A stretch of DNA of 32,000 nucleotides, from the NCBI RefSeq assembly GCF_003367075.2, contig NZ_CP065936.1, positions 540,001-572,000 of the forward strand, read 5' to 3'. Positions 8,501 to 14,991 of the stretch are shown piece after piece. This DNA is from Cylindrospermopsis raciborskii Cr2010 (GTDB lineage Bacteria > Cyanobacteriota > Cyanobacteriia > Cyanobacteriales > Nostocaceae). The notes beneath the pieces were generated by a model. It did no database searches. It saw only the letters and a program-made list of their open reading frames with translations, and was not told where the DNA came from. Position 1 is the stretch's first letter. Every line of letters starts with the position of its first letter. Both the position numbers and the translations under genes were made by a program.

Positions 8501-10297
8501 ACCCAAATTGAATTAAATAGACCTACAGCAGGAGCGACTTTTGATTTGACCCTGTCGATGCAAGAAGTAAATTTAGAACTCATAGGAGCCTTTGAATATA
8601 ACGCCAATTTGTTTGACACCACAACCATCGCCCGCATGGTAGATAATTTTCAAACTTTGGTGGAGTCTATTGTTAGTAATCCTGATGAAAAGGTGGGAGA
8701 ATTACCATTACTCTCAGCAGCGCAAAAACATCAGCTACTTGTGGAATGGAATAACACACAAACTGATTATCCTCACCAATGTATTCATCAATTATTTGAG
8801 CAACAAGTAGAAAGAACACCAGATGCGATCGCTATCCAATGGGAAAATCAACAACTTACCTATCGGGAGTTAAATAATCAAGCCAATCAACTAGCCCACT
8901 ATTTGCAGTTTCTGGGTGTTAGTGCACAAACTTTGGTGGGAATTTATTTAGAGCGATCGCCTAAAATCATCATCGCCATGCTAGGGATCCTGAAAGCTGG
9001 AGGTGCTTATTTACCATTGGATCCTAGCCATCCGAGCGATCGCTTGACATTTATGCTGCAAGATGCAAAAGCCTTTTTACTTTTGACAGAACAGCAGCTA
9101 GGGGGAAAACTGACCAATGTTGAGCAGATTTGTTTAGATCGGGACTGGTCCATCATTGCCCAAAGGAACCAACAGAACTTGAACTGCGATACTACCCCGG
9201 ATAATTTGGCTCATGTTATTTACACATCAGGGTCAACGGGTCAACCTAAAGGTGTGATGGTTACTCATTGCGGGGTAGTGCGGTTAGTAGTCAATACTGA
9301 CTATGTAAACTTGCAACCGACAGATGTAATTGCACAAGCTTCTAATACTGGCTTTGACGCTGCTACCTTTGAGATTTGGGGAGCATTACTCAATGGTGCA
9401 AAACTCGTAATTCTCGATAGAGAAACCATACTATCACCACGAGATTTTGCCAGTAGCTTACAAACCCACGGTATTACCATCTTGCTTATCACGACCGCAC
9501 TATTTAACCAAATGGTTCAACAAGTACCGATGGCATTTCGACATTTACACTACTTATTAAAGCAGTTGGCCTATTGGGTAGAGAAATTAACCAATACCTC
9601 ACAAATAGCTGATAATTTTTCTAACATTCCGCCACAGGTGAGTAGGAGTGCATCCGTTTATTCCATAGTTTTATCAGCCAGTATGGTTAGGTCAATTGAA
9701 GCCTTCAGTCTTGAGCAAAAAGTTACTATCTTTGTGATTATCATCACTGCTCTGAACATACTTTTGTTTAATTACAGCGGTAAAAACGATATTTTAGTAA
9801 TGACAACAGTTGGTAATCGTAGTTCAGTGGAAACTGAAACAATGCTCGGTTGCTTCATCAACGATGTAATTTTGCACTCTCATTTCTCATCTGAGGAAAC
9901 CGCACTTACTCTTCTAGAACAAGTCCAACAAACCCTCATAGAAGCAATCAACAATAAAGAAATTGCCTCTCGAACAGTCATTGACACTATCACCAGTAAA
10001 CAACCACTGAATATCTCTGCATCCCTAACTATGTTACCCCCACAAAATTGGCATAACCGGATGTTGGATTTTGAATTTGTATCGATTAAGCGTGATCTGA
10101 GTTTATGGGATGAAGAAATTCCTTTAGAAATTTATGTTTCTTCACCTTCAGTAAATAATCCCACCATTGAAATTAAAGTTTTTTACAGCACGGAGCTATT
10201 TACAAATGATACTATAGAGTTTATGTTTACTTATTACCAAGAAATTCTCCAAAAAATTGTGCAAAATCCAAACAGACCAATTACCCAATTTGGATAA
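5561..10297 (+). CDS. Non-ribosomal peptide synthetase: A - T - C - A(N-terminal part only) fused in frame to a C-domain C-terminal half; no TE
   Basis: - A1 cores: LAYLIYTSGSTGKPKG, GELHIAGGTLARGY, FKTGD, GRIDFQVNIRGMRVE, NGKLD.
- T: LGGHS, with the Ser codon at 7235-7237.
- C: SLIQQRFW, RHETLRTSF, MHHIISDAWS (7811-7837), IGFFVNTLVLR.
- A2 cores: LAHVIYTSGSTGQPKG and FDAATFE, then a break after ..FRHLHYLL (about 9559).
- After the break comes a C-domain-like QLAYW...NRSSVETETMLGCFIND segment. Confidence 0.9.
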   Translation: MIYSQNKSVHELFMQQVEKSPDAVAIIFENQQLTYGELNCKANQLAHYLQSIGVGPEVFVGLCVTRSIEIVIGIMGILKAGGAYVPLDPAYPQERLAFMLEDAKPKVVLTENQCLEALPIINATVLCLDADWQKIEQQSEDNPSCDVTPDNLAYLIYTSGSTGKPKGVQMPHSSIVNYLQGITKIIPVDNQDIYLHTASFSFTASVRQLFLPLSQGAAVVIATREKTRDPLRLFELIETQEVTICDGVPSVWRYGLMALESLDKKYTVAIGESKLKYLIFGGELLPYQLIKKLRNLFQTPPQFFNILGQTETIGNAFYPIPENCDIEQGYVPVGNPLQDMQQVYVLNSQLEPVKNGESGELHIAGGTLARGYLNRVHANAEKFINNPFNPQQKLFKTGDVARHCQDGTLEILGRIDFQVNIRGMRVELEEIEAILKLHPSVREGAISLREDIPGDQRLVAYIVPNTQTLDLAEIRNFIEHKLPDYMVPNAFVLIEKLPVLPNGKLDRNNLPVPNLSAGISNFVAPRNPQEELIANIWGEVLGLEKVGIYDNFLELGGHSLLASLVVSRLREALSLELSISILFEAPTIASLSEKVTTFQDDFHPTNSLPILQPVSRTAESPLSLIQQRFWILDQMEGANAAYNITRALHLFGSLNLMALQQAVQSIIQRHETLRTSFGISEGKPVQFIAETLSFTLPLVDLQTLAEVEREAELQRLITAEYTEAFDLSQAPLLRVKLIRLESNSHILLVTMHHIISDAWSVAIFFKELSSLYGNSPLANLPVQYADYAYWQRQGLQNDVINTQISYWKQQLADAPSIIELPTDYPRSAVQTFRGSIHRFRLGNDLTNKLKILSQKSGTSLFMTLQAAFVTFLYRYTGQEDIVIGSPITNRNRQALESLIGFFVNTLVLRTRLENNPTFKQLLSQVRQVALDAYVHQDLPFDTLVEALQPKRHKNLSPLFQVMFVLQNSPLEKFNLPGLNVTQIELNRPTAGATFDLTLSMQEVNLELIGAFEYNANLFDTTTIARMVDNFQTLVESIVSNPDEKVGELPLLSAAQKHQLLVEWNNTQTDYPHQCIHQLFEQQVERTPDAIAIQWENQQLTYRELNNQANQLAHYLQFLGVSAQTLVGIYLERSPKIIIAMLGILKAGGAYLPLDPSHPSDRLTFMLQDAKAFLLLTEQQLGGKLTNVEQICLDRDWSIIAQRNQQNLNCDTTPDNLAHVIYTSGSTGQPKGVMVTHCGVVRLVVNTDYVNLQPTDVIAQASNTGFDAATFEIWGALLNGAKLVILDRETILSPRDFASSLQTHGITILLITTALFNQMVQQVPMAFRHLHYLLKQLAYWVEKLTNTSQIADNFSNIPPQVSRSASVYSIVLSASMVRSIEAFSLEQKVTIFVIIITALNILLFNYSGKNDILVMTTVGNRSSVETETMLGCFINDVILHSHFSSEETALTLLEQVQQTLIEAINNKEIASRTVIDTITSKQPLNISASLTMLPPQNWHNRMLDFEFVSIKRDLSLWDEEIPLEIYVSSPSVNNPTIEIKVFYSTELFTNDTIEFMFTYYQEILQKIVQNPNRPITQFG

Positions 10298-10354
10298 TTA
10301 CAATTCCATGCCTGTTTTAACTGCCAAATTACCTTGCTAACTGAAAATATTGAA

Positions 10355-10482
10355 ATAAGTAGGGAGGCACAATTATTTGTATTTGTAGGATGGGTCTCGT
10401 TCCTCGACCCGTGCGGGCGTTGGGTTTCATACTTCAACCCAACCTACGTTCATCTTATATTTAATTTCACCCACCCACTTAT
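10355..10482 (-). mobile_element. MITE, full-length copy, reverse orientation, in the NRPS-MFS intergenic region
   Basis: ataagtagggaggcacaattatt...gttgggtttcatacttcaacccaacctacgttcatcttatatttaatttcacccacccacttat is the reverse complement of the array MITE. Confidence 0.85.
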
Positions 10483-10500
10483 ACAGTCATAACTGTTACT

Positions 10501-11904
10501 ATGTTAGATAACGACCCAACAGAATTAAAACAAAAACCCAGTTTTGCATCATCTTTATTTAAGTGGACTGGGGACCGTTCCAATCAGCAAGCAGAGAAAG
10601 CTCCCAGCATGAGCGTTTTTGTCCTCATCTGGATTGGCCAAGTATTATCTCTGGTTGGCTCTCGCATGACCAGTTTTGCTTTAAGTATTTGGCTTTACCA
10701 ACATACTAATTCAGCCACCCAATTCACCCTCCTAATTCTATCAACGACTTTACCTACGATTATTATCTCTCCCATTGCAGGAGTAGTTGTTGACCGCTTT
10801 CCCCGACGCTGGATTATGATTATTAGTGACTTCTGTGCTGGTTTATGTACCTTAACTATTGCTTGGTTATTTATGAATAACCAGCTAGAAGTGTGGACTC
10901 TGTGCCTAATTAGCGCCTTTAATGCTAGTTTTAGTGCATTTCAAGCCCTCGCTTATTCTTCAGCTACCACATTATTAGTCCCAAAAGAACAACTGGGTCG
11001 CGCCAGTTCCATGACCCAAATTAGATTAGCTGTTGCAGAAATTCTCTCACCAGTGGTAGCAACTGTACTCTTAGTGAGCGTTGAAATTCCCGGAGTGGTT
11101 CTCATTGATTTATGTACTTTGTGTTTTGCCTTGCTTTGCTTATTGGTCGTGAATTTCCCCGAAGTTAAAACCAAAGAAACTGAAACCGAGGAAGCTGGTT
11201 TATTCTCTTCATTCTGGCAAGAATTATCCTTTGGATGGTATTATTTTATCGAGAGACCTGGACTAATTGGCCTAGTCTTTCTTATTGCAATCGCCAACTT
11301 TCTTATTGGTGGTGCTGAAGCTCTCACCACACCTCTAGTTCTTTCCTTTGCTTCAACAGAAGCACTAGGTACAATCTCTTCCATAGCAAGCTCTGGAATG
11401 TTAGTTAGCAGTTTTATCATCAGCATCTGGGGAGGACCAAAGCGCCAAATCAACCTCATCTTTACCTCGATGTTTTTCTTAGGTATATTCTATATTGTAG
11501 CCGGGTTACGTCCTAACCCAATTCTGTTTACCATCTCCGATTTCTTTATATTTCTTATGGTCCCCATTGTTAATGGTGCAATCCAGGTAATTTATCAAAA
11601 GAAAGTTGCTCCAGAAGTGCAAGGAAAAGTCTTTGCCTTCCGCATAGCAGTTACTCAAGGTTTTCTACCCCTTTCTTTTCTGCTAGCAGGACCACTAGCT
11701 GATCAACTATTTGAACCCTTTATGCAAGCTGACGGACCAGCAGCAAACACCATTGGACAAATAATTGGTATTGGCCATGGTCGCGGTATTGGTTTAATGT
11801 TCGTCATCATGGGCCTATTTAGCATCCTTTTTACTTTCATTTGCTACTTTTATCCCCGTCTGCGTCTTGTAGAAGATGAGTTACCAGATACAAGGTTGGG
11901 TTGA
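10501..11904 (+). CDS. MFS transporter (enterobactin-exporter-like subfamily suspected)
   Basis: 467 aa with about 12 hydrophobic segments and a DRFPRRW-type loop after TM2. Its position next to the NRPS suggests an exporter. Confidence 0.75.
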   Translation: MLDNDPTELKQKPSFASSLFKWTGDRSNQQAEKAPSMSVFVLIWIGQVLSLVGSRMTSFALSIWLYQHTNSATQFTLLILSTTLPTIIISPIAGVVVDRFPRRWIMIISDFCAGLCTLTIAWLFMNNQLEVWTLCLISAFNASFSAFQALAYSSATTLLVPKEQLGRASSMTQIRLAVAEILSPVVATVLLVSVEIPGVVLIDLCTLCFALLCLLVVNFPEVKTKETETEEAGLFSSFWQELSFGWYYFIERPGLIGLVFLIAIANFLIGGAEALTTPLVLSFASTEALGTISSIASSGMLVSSFIISIWGGPKRQINLIFTSMFFLGIFYIVAGLRPNPILFTISDFFIFLMVPIVNGAIQVIYQKKVAPEVQGKVFAFRIAVTQGFLPLSFLLAGPLADQLFEPFMQADGPAANTIGQIIGIGHGRGIGLMFVIMGLFSILFTFICYFYPRLRLVEDELPDTRLG

Positions 11905-11961
11905 GTTTAATACGAAACCCAACCTACGTTAATCTTATATTTAATTCCACTGAGCCACTTA
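11893..11961 (-). mobile_element. Partial MITE (half element), overlapping the last codons and stop of the MFS gene
   Basis: aggttgggttgagtttaatacgaaacccaacctacgttaatcttatatttaattccactgagccactta matches one arm plus the hairpin of the MITE. The MFS ORF ends ..RLG* inside it. Confidence 0.7.
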
Positions 11962-12031
11962 ATAATTTCTGATACTATATTGACATGGGGTAATTAACCC
12001 ACATCTAATAAATTATGCGAACAGTCCGGTT

Positions 12032-12961
12032 ATGGTAAGTAAAAAACCCAAACCTCAGAAAAAAAAGTCTTCCGACACCCTAAATAGAGACTGGCACCGC
12101 CTCTTAGGAATGTTTATGACCGTCCACTTCTATAATAGCCCTTATGAGGTAGAAGTAGAAAAGGATCTAACCATCAGAAAACAACTGCTAGACATCATAG
12201 TCATTAAGAGATATAAAGACAGTGGATTCAATTTGTATCCAGCAGGTTTAGAAAACATGTCTAAACACAACCTAATCAGCTATAAGTCCATTCATGAATC
12301 ATTCACAGTTTGGTCACTAATGGAACTAATAGGACACTATGTCAATTATCGGAAGCAAACAAGTAAATCCTTGTCGAACCTGCTACCAGAGGAGGATTAC
12401 AGACTGTACGGATTAACAACCCACGAACCGACCCAATTAATGGGGAGATTAAAATGGAAAACTGTCAGTGAAGGGGTTTATGATATAGAATGTGTTAGCA
12501 TGAACGTGAGACTGATAGTGCTGTCGAAAATACCCAAAAGTGTCAACAATGAGTTGTGGAGACTGTTTAGTGCGAGAGCAGAAGTGGTGGAAGAAGCGAT
12601 TAGCCATTATCAAGAAAGTTATCGCAAGAGCGAGTATAGCATATTAATGCAACAACTATATGAGTTTTACTTAAAGGAGAAACTGCCAATGACATACACA
12701 TTAGAGCAATTCAAAAAAGATTTTGTAATAAGTCACTTGAGAGAGATACCAACTGAAGAAGTGTTGAAGCAATATTCTCCCGAAGAGGTATTAAAGCAAT
12801 ATTCTCCCGAAGAGGTGTTAAAGCAATATTCTCCCGAAGAGGTGTTAAAGCAATATTCTCCTCAGGACCTCCTAGAAGGACTTTCACCAGAGACGCTACA
12901 GCACTTGGCAGTTATTCTGTCTCAATTGGGTGTCAACCAAATAAAAAATCAGGAGCAATGA
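12032..12961 (+). CDS. Hypothetical protein, possibly a second Rpn/YhgA-like PD-(D/E)XK-type putative nuclease/transposase, with C-terminal EEVLKQYSP x4 repeats
   Basis: 309-aa ORF. The N-terminal half has an E..E..D...LDIIVIK pattern. The repeat-rich C-terminal tail resembles ..SPEE..K.LSPEE.. tails that I recall from cyanobacterial Rpn-like proteins. The family assignment is tentative. Confidence 0.4.
   Translation: MVSKKPKPQKKKSSDTLNRDWHRLLGMFMTVHFYNSPYEVEVEKDLTIRKQLLDIIVIKRYKDSGFNLYPAGLENMSKHNLISYKSIHESFTVWSLMELIGHYVNYRKQTSKSLSNLLPEEDYRLYGLTTHEPTQLMGRLKWKTVSEGVYDIECVSMNVRLIVLSKIPKSVNNELWRLFSARAEVVEEAISHYQESYRKSEYSILMQQLYEFYLKEKLPMTYTLEQFKKDFVISHLREIPTEEVLKQYSPEEVLKQYSPEEVLKQYSPEEVLKQYSPQDLLEGLSPETLQHLAVILSQLGVNQIKNQEQ
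12755..12862 (+). repeat. 27-bp in-frame tandem repeat, 4 copies (EEVLKQYSP)
   Basis: gaagaRgtRttRaagcaatattctccY at 12755, 12782, 12809 and 12836. Confidence 0.9.
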
Positions 12962-13085
12962 TATTGGGATCTTAAAACTGTCAACACACAACAACCGTTC
13001 TTGGGAACTCTATTTTCAAATTCCCACCTGATAATTACCACATTTTTTTTGAGTCCGCATTAAGCGATCGCATTTTATTTTAACT
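12961..13085 (+). repeat. Right copy of the ~125-bp direct repeat
   Basis: Aligns with 4193-4232 plus 4278-4360. It starts at the last base of the stop codon of the 12032-12961 ORF. Confidence 0.9.
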
Positions 13086-13156
13086 CGTAAGTAAGTCTAT
13101 TGCACCTTTATAACTTTATAAAGTGTTAGGAGAAAAAACCTACTCAAAAAACCTAC

Positions 13157-13783
13157 TCATTGTAAACCTATATATTTGTGTGTTTGTAAAGAAAGTTTAT
13201 AATCGGGTTTTTGTTGTAATAACTGCAAAATCAGAGCCAGTGATTTTGATGAACTATTCCACTCAGGTTGTAGGTAGACACACAAATCAGGGTGTGCGGA
13301 TAACTGTTCTTGATAAAAATCAATTTCCTGACCAGTTTCTATAACTATTTTCGCTTCATTAGCTCTACTCCAAAACTGATTCTGTACTGGATATTTAGGG
13401 TTAATATGTTCCTTGGGAGATAGGGTGATCCAAGCTGATAAAGGAACTTCTTTCCAAAAAGATCCTGATGTTTCAATATTAACTTGTTTACCAGCATCTA
13501 ACAAGGCCTCAACTAATTCAGGTAAATGCTTGTGAATGAATGGTTCTCCACCACTAATAACTATTCTCGGAGATTTTAGTTCTGCTAGAAGCTCACCAAT
13601 GGTACGCTCAAATCGTGGTAAGTTTGCCCCACCATCCGCATAACCAGTGTCACACCAAGGACAGCTCAATGGACAACCAGACAAGCGAATAAAATCTACT
13701 AAAGAACCAGTCCAATACCCTTCACCTTGAACTGTACTCTGAAAAGTTTCATGAATGGGTAGCTTGATTTCTAAAATCGACAT
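13157..13783 (-). CDS. queE: 7-carboxy-7-deazaguanine synthase (radical SAM)
   Basis: N-terminal [35 protein letters not shown] (Cx3Cx2C cluster) and C-terminal [12 protein letters not shown] closely parallel E. coli QueE (MFQTLQGEGYFTG..FIRLQGCPVGCAWCDT ... RLSMQTHKYLNIA). Confidence 0.9.
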   Translation of the reverse strand: MSILEIKLPIHETFQSTVQGEGYWTGSLVDFIRLSGCPLSCPWCDTGYADGGANLPRFERTIGELLAELKSPRIVISGGEPFIHKHLPELVEALLDAGKQVNIETSGSFWKEVPLSAWITLSPKEHINPKYPVQNQFWSRANEAKIVIETGQEIDFYQEQLSAHPDLCVYLQPEWNSSSKSLALILQLLQQKPDYKLSLQTHKYIGLQ

Positions 13784-14007
13784 TTCTCTGGTTTTCTACT
13801 CATAAGGTGGATGACTATATTTTCTTACGAGAAAATATTCTCAAGTTTATTTTATACCAATAAAACTTACCTAAAACTACTCCAATTGAACTTTTAAGAA
13901 AAGTTGAGTTACTTGTATATATATTACAAAAATGAGTCAGTCCCAAGATTTGGAATTACACTGCAGGTACATCAGATAAATAGCATAATAATAAGGAGTC
14001 GAAGTTT

Positions 14008-14160
14008 ATGATGATCTCCAAATCGCTTTCTAGAGTTGTTCAATTTCTCAGTGAAGCTTTTATGCGCATATTCAGCCCCACCGATGATGCTTATCCCATG
14101 ACTGGTTTTCAACCTTTTACCGGTGTACCCTATAAGAGGGGTAGATTAGCATCCTGGTAA
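14008..14160 (+). CDS. Small hypothetical protein (50 aa: MMISKSLSRVVQFLSEAFMRIFSPTDDAYPMTGFQPFTGVPYKRGRLASW)
   Basis: Not in the ORF track because it is under 60 aa. AAGGAG lies 9-14 nt upstream of the ATG. The ORF is open to the TAA at 14158-14160. Confidence 0.4.
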   Translation: MMISKSLSRVVQFLSEAFMRIFSPTDDAYPMTGFQPFTGVPYKRGRLASW

Positions 14161-14174
14161 GTGGATATTACTAC

Positions 14175-14206
14175 AGAACCGCGCTACGGTCTATAAACCT
14201 AACTGG
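14175..14206 (+). repeat. 32-bp imperfect direct repeat, copy 1 (agaaccgcgctacggtctataaacctaactgg)
   Basis: Recurs at 14270-14301 as agaaccacgctatggtctgcaaacctatctgg. Confidence 0.7.
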
Positions 14207-14269
14207 TTGAATGATCCTAGCGCTTTGACTTCTCTATCAAAAAGAAGCTTTGCCAATTGATGCTTCATA

Positions 14270-14301
14270 AGAACCACGCTATGGTCTGCAAACCTATCTG
14301 G
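14270..14301 (+). repeat. 32-bp imperfect direct repeat, copy 2, about 90 bp upstream of brxB
   Basis: See 14175-14206. Confidence 0.7.
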
Positions 14302-14388
14302 ATAAAACATAACATAAAATATAATAGCCCCTCCTCAAAAATGCGATCGCCTGTTATACTAGTTCTTGAGTGCTGCTAACCTAAACAG

Positions 14389-14991
14389 ATGTCTAAATTG
14401 AGTATTCAGGAACGATTAAATCAACTACTACCTAAACTACAAGACTCCCGACTGTTGGGCAATCGTGGTATTGGCAATGAGATTGGTTTCTACGTTTTTG
14501 ATTATGCTCCAGAAGATGAACTATATGTCCAAGAATATACTAAAATACTTATTTCGCAGTTAACTAGGGATCCAATAAATCTAGTCGTTAAAGAATTCAA
14601 TCTGTATAACATAATCCTAGAGATATTACAAGAAAAAGGAATTCTCAATAAAGCTTTTATTGTAGAAGCGAAAGAAGGACACAAATCTCTCTGGAATAAA
14701 ATCCAACCCATAGTTAGACCCGAAAAGGTGATTACTCAGATCCAAAACCATCTCCAGGGGAACGAACAATTAGTATTCCTGACTGGAGTTGGAGCGAGTT
14801 GGCCCCTAATTAGATCCCACAGTATTTTGAATGGTCTACAACCTTATCTTGACCACATTCCCTTAGTGCTGTTCTTTCCTGGATCCTATGATGGACATGA
14901 ACTCTGTTTATTTAATACCTTTAAAAGTGATAACTATTATCGAGCTTTTGCTTTAATACCACATCATGGAGCTGTCTATGAACATTGCTGA
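14389..14991 (+). CDS. brxB: BREX protein BrxB (DUF1788)
   Basis: 200 aa. The FYVFDYAPEDEL motif near the N-terminus and the LVLFFPGSYDGHELCLF....NYYRAFALI motif at the C-terminus match the BrxB pattern, not the helical DUF1819 BrxA. It lies immediately upstream of brxC and overlaps it. Confidence 0.8.
   Translation: MSKLSIQERLNQLLPKLQDSRLLGNRGIGNEIGFYVFDYAPEDELYVQEYTKILISQLTRDPINLVVKEFNLYNIILEILQEKGILNKAFIVEAKEGHKSLWNKIQPIVRPEKVITQIQNHLQGNEQLVFLTGVGASWPLIRSHSILNGLQPYLDHIPLVLFFPGSYDGHELCLFNTFKSDNYYRAFALIPHHGAVYEHC

Noticed and set aside
10234-10437. Minus-strand 67-aa ORF across the NRPS 3' end and the MITE
   Set aside because: It overlaps the NRPS coding end and the MITE. A similar spurious reading frame arises at the reverse-orientation MITE at 19431-19552.
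13123-13344. Plus-strand 73-aa ORF
   Set aside because: It lies almost entirely inside queE on the opposite strand, and queE has strong homology signals.
13157-13783. queE as part of a 7-deazaguanine DNA-modification (dpd-like) defence module linked to BREX
   Set aside because: No dpdA/tgt-like, queC, queD or folE genes are nearby. queE is on the opposite strand and is most simply the housekeeping queuosine gene.
13930-13980. atgagtcag... micro-ORF sharing 11 nt (aaatgagtcag) with the start of the Rpn N-terminal remnant
   Set aside because: Similarity ends after 11 nt and the ORF is only about 15 codons, so this is most likely coincidence.
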